IMG/VR virus record: IMGVR_UViG_3300034198_030405 | Length of the DNA stretch: 64,000 nt | Direction: 5' to 3' (one strand) | DNA from: an uncultured virus (IMG/VR IMGVR_UViG_3300034198_030405) | Taxonomy: Duplodnaviria > Heunggongvirae > Uroviricota > Caudoviricetes | Part shown: positions 1 through 8,363 of the stretch, piece after piece | Position numbering within the stretch: the first letter of the stretch is position 1 | How the letters are laid out: every line of letters starts with the position of its first letter | Program-made: the position numbers and the translations under genes | Notes under the pieces: generated by a model | Database searches by the model: none | The model's input: only the letters and a program-made list of their open reading frames with translations | What the model was told of the DNA's origin: nothing

Positions 1-2274
1 TAAGCTGCCTCCAGTTAGGCCTGCAAATGCATCAGCGAGTTGTTTCAGCTCCGCTGCAACTGCGCCAATCCTGCCACTTGAAACATTTTTTGCTAAATCT
101 GTAATGTAGCTAAGTGATTTGAGTTTGCTTTCATTTAAATTGTTTTGAAACTCAATGATTTTTGCAAATGGGCCTCCCCCAGTAAAGAAATTTGCAATGT
201 TTGTGATTACGCTGCCTCCAGTTAAGCCTATAAGTGCAAGACCAAGTGCTGTTAACTCCGCTGCAACTGCGCTAATCTTGCCAATTGAAACATTGTTTGC
301 AAAATCTTTAATGCTATTTAGAGTCTTATCTATGATGGTGGGTATGTCTTCAAATATTTCTTTAGCCTTGCTAAAGATATAAACAATGCCATCATAAATC
401 TTGTCAATAGCAGATGAAATAGCAGGTAGAATAGCAACAATCACTTCCTTGATATTCTCAAAAATAGAGATGAACACTTCCTTGATAGATTCTACAGGAG
501 CAACGATGATATCCATGATGCCGTTTATAGCAGATGAAATAGCAGATGAAATAGCAACAATCACTTCTTTGACATTCTCAAAACCAGATATAAACACTTC
601 CTTGATAGATTCTACAGGAGCAACGATGATATCCTTGATGCCTTCTATAATTGGTACAATAATTTGTTTAATATTTTCAAATAGACTTACCAAAGCGTCT
701 TTTGTATCTGTAAAAATGGATTTTATACCACTTACTAATTCAGACAGCAAATTGCTAATAACATCAATGATTTGAGAAAGCACCGGAACAAGTGCACCAA
801 CAATAAATTTAAAGCCAGGTGAGTTAATAAGTTCATTTACTGCACCAATGATTGCAGGAAGTACAACTGAAGCAAACGTTGTGAGACCATCAAGTAACGG
901 TGGTAATATTGTAGCAACAAAATTAGCCAATGCGTTATAAACCATAGGAATAATTTCTTTAGCAACCTTGATAAATAATTCGGCGAATTTATCAATGATG
1001 GGAAATATTTCTATAAAATCATCCTTTAAGAAGCTTATTGTTTTAACAACAATGCCAATAGCTAAACTTAATGCAGCGGCACCAACAACAATGGCACCTA
1101 GCGCTGTTAAGATGCCTGGTATTGCTGCAGGTAAAGCTGTAAGTAATGCAATTATACTGCCCCCCACAGCAGATATACCTGCACCTGCACCTACGCCTCC
1201 TGCGCCTCCCAATAATCCCATTATACTGCTCAAAAATCCACCACCTTTTTCAGGGGTTGGCGTAGTTGTAACACCACTGAGCATTTTGAGTGCATCATTA
1301 CTAATGCCTACAACAGAAACTTTTGTAACTTTTTCTGATTCATCACCAGTGAGAACATCTGCTAAATCTTCTTTTTCATTTGCAGGTACTTCAGTCTTAG
1401 GAACAATCCTCTCAAGCAGAGGTTGAAACTGTTTGTATAAGACATCAATGAATTTTACATTACTCGTGGAGTCTTCTTTTTCATTCGCAGGAGATACAGT
1501 TTTAGGAACAATCCTCTCAAGCAGAGGTTGAAACTGTTTGTATAAGACATCAATGAATTTTACATTACTCGTGGAGTTTTCTTTTTCATTCGCAGGTGTT
1601 GCGGTCTTGGGAGAAATCCTCTCAAGCAGAGGTTGAAACTGTTTGTATAAGACATCAATGAATTTAGTATTACCGGCAAGAGTATTCGCTGAGTCTTCTG
1701 ATGCATCTGCAGGTGTTTCAGTCTTAGAAACAATCCTCTCAAACAAGGAATTAAACTTTTTGTTTAAGTCATCAGTAAACTTCGCTTCACTTGCAATAAT
1801 ATCTAATAATATCCCCTTTTCGTCGACAGATGTTACAGTCTTAGGAACAATCCTCTCAAGTAGCGGTAGAAACTTTATGTATAGAGCATCAATAAATGCA
1901 GTCTTAGGAACAAAACTCTCAAGCAAAGGTTGAAGCTGTTTGTTTAAATCATATACAAATTTTGTATTACCAATACGAACGTCAGTTGAGTCATCCGACT
2001 CGTTAGCAGGTGATGTGGTCTTTGGGACAATACTCTCAAGCAGGGGTTGAAACTTTTTGTATAGAGCATCAATGAATTTTACATCACCTGGTCCGATACT
2101 ATCGTTTAAACGTGCAGTTTGCTCTTTACTATCACCTTGATCTTGCGTTGTGATGACAGATTGTACTGTTTTCGGTTTTTCGACGCCAGTAGTAATGGTA
2201 CCAATTTGAGCAGCAAAGCTCTCAATTGATTTTTTGAGTGTATCAAGGATAATCTGGATTTCCTCTGGGGTCAT
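1..2274 (-). CDS. Tape-measure-like / tail-length determinant protein (5' part; runs off the window's left edge; missing from the ORF track)
   Basis: I checked the minus frame codon by codon: it is open from ATG at 2274 (MTPEEIQIILDTLKKSIE...) to position 1, at least 758 aa. It has helical Ala/Ile-rich repeats and a Gly-rich hydrophobic segment (GGFLSSIMGLLGGAGGVGAGAGISAVGG), sits next to baseplate-hub and tube genes, and has TAAATA 6 nt upstream. Confidence 0.7.
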   Translation of the reverse strand, partial: MTPEEIQIILDTLKKSIESFAAQIGTITTGVEKPKTVQSVITTQDQGDSKEQTARLNDSIGPGDVKFIDALYKKFQPLLESIVPKTTSPANESDDSTDVRIGNTKFVYDLNKQLQPLLESFVPKTAFIDALYIKFLPLLERIVPKTVTSVDEKGILLDIIASEAKFTDDLNKKFNSLFERIVSKTETPADASEDSANTLAGNTKFIDVLYKQFQPLLERISPKTATPANEKENSTSNVKFIDVLYKQFQPLLERIVPKTVSPANEKEDSTSNVKFIDVLYKQFQPLLERIVPKTEVPANEKEDLADVLTGDESEKVTKVSVVGISNDALKMLSGVTTTPTPEKGGGFLSSIMGLLGGAGGVGAGAGISAVGGSIIALLTALPAAIPGILTALGAIVVGAAALSLAIGIVVKTISFLKDDFIEIFPIIDKFAELFIKVAKEIIPMVYNALANFVATILPPLLDGLTTFASVVLPAIIGAVNELINSPGFKFIVGALVPVLSQIIDVISNLLSELVSGIKSIFTDTKDALVSLFENIKQIIVPIIEGIKDIIVAPVESIKEVFISGFENVKEVIVAISSAISSAINGIMDIIVAPVESIKEVFISIFENIKEVIVAILPAISSAIDKIYDGIVYIFSKAKEIFEDIPTIIDKTLNSIKDFANNVSIGKISAVAAELTALGLALIGLTGGSVITNIANFFTGGGPFAKIIEFQNNLNESKLKSLSYITDLAKNVSSGRIGAVAAELKQLADAFAGLTGGSL
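407..642. repeat. 120-bp (40-aa) tandem duplication inside the tape-measure-like gene
   Basis: The lines starting at 481 and 601 are nearly identical (cttgatagattctacaggagcaacgatgatatcc[a/t]tgatgcc), and atagcagatgaaatagcag recurs at 407 and 527. Confidence 0.9.
1390..2085. repeat. Seven coding repeats (consensus KFIDxLYKQFQPLLERIVPKT); three near-perfect copies at a 105-bp period
   Basis: aatcctctcaagcagaggttgaaactgtttgtataagacatcaatgaattt occurs at about 1405, 1510 and 1615; degenerate copies lie at about 1730, 1845, 1905 and 2025. All are in frame with the minus-strand ORF. Confidence 0.9.
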
Positions 2275-2294
2275 CCAGATTATTTATGAGGCAC

Positions 2295-3011
2295 TCACAT
2301 GGTTGGTGTCTGCAAAGAGATGTTTTTGTCTTTAAGCACGTGTTTAAACATTGTTTGCATGCTGTTTGCAAAAGAAATGACACCATTGTTTATGTCAACA
2401 GGTATGTTGTTAACAATTGTAGTCAAATTGGGGAGATCATTGGGATCATCAAAGCAAACAAATACATCTTCACCTATGTGTATGTTATTCATGTATTTGA
2501 TTATCTGGTGTGTATATATTAATGGTATAAGATCTTGCTGCTTTTTACTATTATTTGATTCAATGGCTTTGATGGTTGCAGCATTGATAACAGCATCGCG
2601 TCTGAGTGATGGTGCGCTGCAATTGACAGTGATGCCGTATGCTTCAATTGTTTTTTTAGTGTTTAAATCATTAGTTTGCTTGATTGCTTCAATTGCTTCT
2701 GCAATTTTTGTGCGCTCATTTTCATCAATGGATACATCATGCATTCTGTACTGTAATAAAACAATCTCTCTATCTATCACACACAAATCAATATCTTCCA
2801 TGCAGTTTGTTTGCAGCATATCATTGATGCTGTTGGCAATTTTAAGATTATCAGTTGCTTCATTCGAAATGTTTTTAATGAGCTGCTGCTGTTGCGCAAC
2901 ATTCATGGGTTTAAAATTTACTTCTCTCGAGAAAGATGGAATAAAACAGCTAATAACTGTATCTTCATTAATTTTCTTGAGGTGACCTAATACACTATTA
3001 TACTTGTCCAT
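2295..3011 (-). CDS. Baseplate hub subunit (T4 gp26-like)
   Basis: IPSFSREVNFKPMNVAQQQQLIK and LCVIDREIVLLQYR match the gp26-type pattern; it lies between the tube and tape-measure genes. Confidence 0.6.
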   Translation of the reverse strand: MDKYNSVLGHLKKINEDTVISCFIPSFSREVNFKPMNVAQQQQLIKNISNEATDNLKIANSINDMLQTNCMEDIDLCVIDREIVLLQYRMHDVSIDENERTKIAEAIEAIKQTNDLNTKKTIEAYGITVNCSAPSLRRDAVINAATIKAIESNNSKKQQDLIPLIYTHQIIKYMNNIHIGEDVFVCFDDPNDLPNLTTIVNNIPVDINNGVISFANSMQTMFKHVLKDKNISLQTPTM

Positions 3012-3870
3012 ATGCTGGCATATTTATTCCGCTATGTTCTTCTGTCAACTGTTTATTTGCTTGCTCAATTTCATCTATTAGTAATTTAATGTAAAGTTGC
3101 TGCTCTATAGGCGGTATATTCATTAAAAATTCTGGTGTCATATGTGACTTGCTGCAGAGGGTATGTATATTTTTATAGAGATTTAGTAGATTATCTTTTA
3201 AAATAAATTTGCAAAAATCTAGCATAGAATTATTGAATGGGGATAGTATGATGCTATCCAATTGCAGGTCAGCATTACCACAAAATGCAGTCAACACGAG
3301 ATCATCAGCATAATTATTAATGAATTTGTAAATATAGCTCACAGTATGTGAATCTAAATTGCTGAGTAGTTCTGCAACATATTCGTTGGACAGTTTTTGC
3401 ATTTCAATTTTTACATCATTAAAAATAATTGCATTTAAACAGCTCTGAATTACAGATGCAGTGTCTGGCAGCAAAAGTGTATGTGGTAAAGATATTAATA
3501 CCTGCACCTGGTTGTTGTCATGCAATGCATGTACATTAAAATTCATATCATGCATGCAGTTCAAAATATGATCTATGCTTATTTGTCCTTGCACGTTTTG
3601 CTGGTTGCTGAATATAACTGTATCGCCGCAGCTTATGCTGCGTATCTTCATTAAGCATGCAAGTTTATCGATGCAGTTGAGAGAATCAAAAATCCCATCC
3701 TCTCTCATGCATTCTTTGATGATATTCATCAAAAATTCGTTTATAAGTTCATCACTATCTTCAATGATGTATTTCTGCAATTGCAAAAATGTATTGCTAT
3801 TCATCTGTTTCAGATGAACAATTTGTTTGCATGCAGGCAATTGCAATGCAGAATAAAAAGTAGATAACAT
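2998..3870 (-). CDS. Baseplate hub subunit (gp26-like with a gp51-like C-terminus)
   Basis: LNCIDKLACLMKIRSISCGD is gp26-like; the C-terminal FLMNIPPIEQQLYIKLL resembles gp51. Confidence 0.6.
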   Translation of the reverse strand: MLSTFYSALQLPACKQIVHLKQMNSNTFLQLQKYIIEDSDELINEFLMNIIKECMREDGIFDSLNCIDKLACLMKIRSISCGDTVIFSNQQNVQGQISIDHILNCMHDMNFNVHALHDNNQVQVLISLPHTLLLPDTASVIQSCLNAIIFNDVKIEMQKLSNEYVAELLSNLDSHTVSYIYKFINNYADDLVLTAFCGNADLQLDSIILSPFNNSMLDFCKFILKDNLLNLYKNIHTLCSKSHMTPEFLMNIPPIEQQLYIKLLIDEIEQANKQLTEEHSGINMPAYGQV

Positions 3871-4577
3871 TATTTTTTAGAATATTGTATGCTGTAACTA
3901 TCAAAAATCCACCCCACTTGTCTAGTCGGCGGTGTGCCTTGATCTTCAGCATATGTATATGTCTTTGAGTCTACCTCAACAGGTGCTACATTGTAAAAAT
4001 TATAAATTTTTCTGATGGGCCTGAATGTTTCATCACTATATGGTGCAGTGGGTGTGTGTTTAAAGCGAGAAAAATGTATAAGCTGCATTCTCGGAATTTT
4101 AACATTGTTTTGTGTAGATTCAAAGGCAAAATATCCAATGTGTGAGCATGCAATGATCCATGGCCTCAAAACAGTCTCCACAAAGTCAAAGTTTGTTTCT
4201 CTGAATGATGTGGCTATTCTTTTGCCAGAAAAAGTCGATCTCTTGCCTGATACCCCAACATTAATGAAACCGCCACTGTTGTTTATAGTTGCTTCCTCTT
4301 GGTTGTAGCCTTCACCAGGAATAACAACATTATCTACAAAAAAGCAACCCATTGCATCTGTACTCTGCACCTGTTCTTTGGTGAGTGCTTCATATGTTGC
4401 TGTGTTTATGTTCCAATCTGTGTTTGGAATCCAAGATTCTAGTGTTGATACTTTACTAACAATGTTTCTGATGCGAGGCAGATCATGAATAATAAGAATC
4501 CACTGCGAATTTAACGCAAGATTGTATTCCCATTTTTCAAATAGGCTGAGATATGTGTCTCTAGGTGATTGGGGCAC
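3870..4577 (-). CDS. Tail-tube-like baseplate/tube initiator (gp54/gp19 family)
   Basis: Directly downstream of the tube gene; has a tube-fold-like pattern (SFRETNFDFVETVLRPW, KIYNFYNVAPVEV); GTG start with TAAATA 5 nt upstream. Confidence 0.5.
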   Translation of the reverse strand: MPQSPRDTYLSLFEKWEYNLALNSQWILIIHDLPRIRNIVSKVSTLESWIPNTDWNINTATYEALTKEQVQSTDAMGCFFVDNVVIPGEGYNQEEATINNSGGFINVGVSGKRSTFSGKRIATSFRETNFDFVETVLRPWIIACSHIGYFAFESTQNNVKIPRMQLIHFSRFKHTPTAPYSDETFRPIRKIYNFYNVAPVEVDSKTYTYAEDQGTPPTRQVGWIFDSYSIQYSKK

Positions 4578-4585
4578 TTAATTAT

Positions 4586-5137
4586 TTATTGCACAGGTGC
4601 ATTCTCTTCAAAGAAGTGATATGCAATCGTTGCATCAAATGTAACAGGCTGGCCAGTTCCATCTGCCATGCTATATCCAATTTCACCAACATTTCTTACG
4701 CTTGCACCAACTAAACGGAATGTTGAGACAGGGTTGAGTGCTTTATCTAACTGCAGCAATGTGATTGCGCTGGCGCGGCCTGCAATGTTGTAATCACCTG
4801 TGCTGGTTGCATCATCAAATACTCTACGTGATTCTTGCAAAAACTTGTTTCTAAGTGAGGAAGTAGCATCACAGTAAAAAGTAATCATATAAGATTCACT
4901 TCCTGGATATGTAGCAGTACCTGCAATGTTGAAGTTGAGACCCATGAATTTAGCTTGCGTATTAGTGATATTTCGAGCAGGGAGCTTTGCTGTCTTTGCA
5001 TAAATGAGCTCGTCTTCGTTGAAGACTGCTCCACCTGCAAAATTAATGCTGAGGACTCGGAACAAGAAATCACGTGAGAACTCACGTGATACTGCGCGTT
5101 CATAAAAGTTTCCAATGGTTTGGTTAGTCTGTGCCAT
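4586..5137 (-). CDS. gp19: Tail tube protein
   Basis: 183 aa; AKTAKLPARNI...FMGLNFNIAGTATY...ITF and LLQLDK...FRLVGA...VGEIGY...TFDATIAY match the T4 gp19 family. Confidence 0.8.
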   Translation of the reverse strand: MAQTNQTIGNFYERAVSREFSRDFLFRVLSINFAGGAVFNEDELIYAKTAKLPARNITNTQAKFMGLNFNIAGTATYPGSESYMITFYCDATSSLRNKFLQESRRVFDDATSTGDYNIAGRASAITLLQLDKALNPVSTFRLVGASVRNVGEIGYSMADGTGQPVTFDATIAYHFFEENAPVQ

Positions 5138-5158
5138 GTTAGTATTTATTGTTGCTTA

Positions 5159-6067
5159 CTAGAAAAATGGGGTTGTTTCTGGTAGTAATGGTGAATTTGT
5201 TGCAGGTACATCAGGTGATTTTTGTTCTTCTGCCATGCTCAACATTGCATCTGCAATTTTTTTCATGCGCGGACCTGTTCCATATCCATTTTCGACTGCA
5301 TCTTTATATTCTTTGCTGTCTAGAAATTCAGCTGCTGCCTGTGTCCACTTGCCTGCATTGATGAGCGCAATGGTTTTTGGGGATCCAGATACATCACCTC
5401 TAAAAATACCATCTAAAAGTTTAATTTTTAAATAATTAGGATATTCATCATATGTTTTAAACAATCGGCGCGCTGTTGCTAGTTTTGATTGAATATCTTT
5501 TTCAAATAAATCTAAAACTTCCTGCTCGGAAATGCCGTTATCAAATATTTTATTTTTTTTCTCTTTGCTTGTTATGAGGTGTCCTACTCCAATGGTTTCA
5601 TAGCCTTTGTGGTCTTTATATGGCATGCGGTAATTAATATTTGTACCACCAAGTTCATTTTGTTTGATGTATTTCAATGCATCTTTATAGAACTGCTGAC
5701 TTTTTTGCTTATCCATGGGTAATATTTGTTGTGACATTTGTTGTGGATCTTTTATAGGCATGGCCTGTTGCGGTGTCTCTCTTTTAATTGTTGATGCTTC
5801 AATGGCTTGCTTGAGCAGCTTATCAACTAATGGTGTATTGGTAGTCTTAATAGCTTTTTGCTGAATTTGTGCAGCTCGTTCGGGTGGCATTTTATTTAAT
5901 TTTTCCTGCACCTCTTTGCTGATTCTTTTTATACTTGGAATAACATATGCTTGATCAACAATGCCGAGAAATAGCGCGGTTGCAATGAGTGCTTTGGGGT
6001 TGCGAATAAAATCTTTTATTGATTCATTTATAACCTCTTGTTTGTAAAAATTCTTAAAATCCTGCAT
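5159..6067 (-). CDS. T4-type (GH24) lysozyme with an N-terminal extension
   Basis: NE...PYKDHKGYETIGVGHLI gives the E/D/T catalytic triad, plus GKWTQAAAEFLDS. I moved the start to ATG 6067, which has TAAATA 5 nt upstream. Confidence 0.8.
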   Translation of the reverse strand: MQDFKNFYKQEVINESIKDFIRNPKALIATALFLGIVDQAYVIPSIKRISKEVQEKLNKMPPERAAQIQQKAIKTTNTPLVDKLLKQAIEASTIKRETPQQAMPIKDPQQMSQQILPMDKQKSQQFYKDALKYIKQNELGGTNINYRMPYKDHKGYETIGVGHLITSKEKKNKIFDNGISEQEVLDLFEKDIQSKLATARRLFKTYDEYPNYLKIKLLDGIFRGDVSGSPKTIALINAGKWTQAAAEFLDSKEYKDAVENGYGTGPRMKKIADAMLSMAEEQKSPDVPATNSPLLPETTPFF

Positions 6068-6075
6068 AATATTAT

Positions 6076-6513
6076 TTATGGCAGCTCTTTTTCTGTTAAT
6101 ATTAAAAATTCCCAATTGTGTTGCTTGCACCATTCTTTAGCACATTTCCATTTTTGCATGTTAATGGCATATGTTGCATGCTCATATAATATTGTGGATT
6201 GTTTTTTATTGCCGTGTTCCGAGGGAGGCAGAGTCTGTTTGTATGGCTTGATCTCAATGAGGTATTTTTTAATTTGCTCACCTTCTTTAATAATGACAAC
6301 ATTATCGACAAAATATCGGTGCATTTTTCCGTCAATGGGGCTTTTGTATGGAATAATGATGCTCTCGCTTCCCCATTTAATTACATTAGGATTTGCATCA
6401 GCCCAGCGCATAAATTTGAGCTCGTATCCAGAACGATAAAAAGGTAATTTATCACCAATGTATTTTTGATTGTTGATGGGTTTGTATATGCCTTGTCTAT
6501 ATTCTTTTTGCAT
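6076..6513 (-). CDS. gp4: Head completion protein (TnsA-like nuclease fold)
   Basis: GIYKPINNQKYIGD...YRSGYELKFMRWAD...WGSE...IPY...HRYFVD...EIKP...KW...ILTEKEL is the T4 gp4 signature. Confidence 0.9.
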   Translation of the reverse strand: MQKEYRQGIYKPINNQKYIGDKLPFYRSGYELKFMRWADANPNVIKWGSESIIIPYKSPIDGKMHRYFVDNVVIIKEGEQIKKYLIEIKPYKQTLPPSEHGNKKQSTILYEHATYAINMQKWKCAKEWCKQHNWEFLILTEKELP

Positions 6514-8270
6514 TATGAATATTTATATTCAAAAACCATGTGACCACAATCCCATATTCTACGCCACCCACGCTCTTTCATAATTTCCCATTCTGTAAGA
6601 CTCAAATCATCACCCTGTTTTACTAATTTATGTTTTTGAAAGTTGGAGCGGTGCATCACAGTCTTTGTATCTGTGTACCAGTATGCAGGTGGTGTTGTTC
6701 TGATGTGCTTAAAGCCTAAGTTTTTGTAAAACGAACCATCAAAGCAAAATCTCAAATCAGCATATGTTGTAATGCATGATACATTATGATTTTTTGTAAA
6801 GTATTTTAATAATTTAGAGGCACCTCCAATAACGCTTGTGTTTGTTTTGCAGCAAAATCTTATGAGTTCAAAAGTTTTATTTGCAGTTATTTTGCGGTTA
6901 CCAAAAGTCATTGCTGCAACAATGTCACCTTCATGAATTAGAGCAATTGCAATTTGTGAATTGTCATTGCCTTGTATGTGATTATTATTGAGAAAAATAC
7001 TTTTCTGTTTTGCTGTGATGCATTGTATTGTGCAATTGCGAGCATAGATTTTATTTTGCAATATTCCTAACTTGCTACGCATCATTGACTCAACAATGTT
7101 TCTTTTATTAATCCATTCATTTTCAAAAATCTGCAACAACTGTACATTGTTGCTCATGCATATATCCCGCTTATTTCTATGCTTAAATTTGTTTACACTT
7201 TCAACATCTGCATTGTCGGGGAAGCAAGAACCAAAACTATGCCACAATAAGCCGTGATGCTCGATACCAACGTTTTTCTGCGGTATAAATATATCGATTT
7301 CTATTCCACTAGGTGGCAAGTCATATAATCTCTCAACCTGCATGTTGCAGTCATTTTGCAGAAAAGCAGATATCTCTGCTTCTGCACGAGACGATCCCAC
7401 GGTAACATTGTTGCATTTGGCACAAAATATATCTTTCCAGCGCGCATTTGTCAATCTTCGCTGTAAAATACTATTACAGACATTGCATCTCAATTGATAC
7501 TCTTGTTGATGTGAGTTTATATCATTTAAAATAGAGAAGTTTTGATACTCAATGGATTGCTTGATTATTTTTAATGTGTTTTTATTCCTTGCCTGTGCAG
7601 AACTATTGTTATTATACCCAGCTAAGAAATTGCAAAATTTTGCCTTTTGTGTGGGATCATAATTACATAGTTTCGGGACATCATTATTATACAAAAGAAA
7701 AAACCTTTCACTCCAGTTTATATCATTATTATCTAATAATGGATGCTGTGTATGTAGAACAATGCTGCAACACTCATCATGATATTTTTTAAGTATAGAT
7801 GTATCTACAAAATTATGCTTTCTTCCGTGATCGGTGTGTTCCAATCTGCTCTTTATAAAGTCTGTGCATTTTTCTCTACTGACAATATTAAATTTATTTG
7901 TTTTGTATAGGCTGTAGAAGTTACTTTTGATTAATGCTTTTGATGCTTTGAGGCTTTGAGATAGTTTTGCATTATCAATTTTTTTAATTTTAGATGCATT
8001 TGATCTGCCAGCAGCAATGGCAAATCTATGTTTTGTAGGTAACCACTTAACACTTTTACCGGTTACAGGGCACGCTGGCATGCTCTTGATATTATTGACT
8101 ATGCAAAATATTCGCGCTGCAAAGCATACGTCATTGTCAAGAAAGGATGTCTCTTTCATTATATCTACATACAAATTAGATTTTTTAAACCAATCTTGCC
8201 TTATTATGGCAGTATTAATTTTGTTTGTTTTTGTGTATAAATTGCTCTGTATTTCTTCTATCAAAGACAT
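6513..8270 (-). mobile_element. Free-standing Hef-like homing endonuclease gene (Vsr/DUF559-like nuclease plus C-terminal GNAT-like domain)
   Basis: Zn ribbons, EIDIFIP...GIEHHGLLWHS...LLQIFENEW, then KIYARNC...FLNNNHIQG...ELIRFC...GGASKLLKYF...YADLR...RIWDCG. It is inserted between the sheath and gp4 genes with its own TAAATA. Confidence 0.75.
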
Positions 8271-8314
8271 ATTGCTATTTATTGCATAACACTATATAAA
8301 CATAAAGATTTAAC

Positions 8315-8350
8315 AAAAAAAAGGAGCGAAGCTTTGTTAGCTCCGCTCCC
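8315..8350 (-). terminator. Rho-independent terminator after the sheath gene
   Basis: Minus strand reads GGAGCGGAGCT-aacaa-AGCTTCGCTCC followed by a run of 8 U. Confidence 0.85.
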
Positions 8351-8363
8351 TTCAATTTGCTTG

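Noticed and set aside
1390..2085. Repeat/spacer-like pattern suggesting a CRISPR array
   Set aside because: The units are multiples of 3, lie in an open reading frame and have related 'spacers'; there is no cas operon.
155..2985. Plus-strand ORFs in the track (155-382, 401-775, 968-1426, 1643-1933, 2299-2985) and similar short antisense ORFs throughout
   Set aside because: They are shadow frames of longer motif-bearing genes on the opposite strand.
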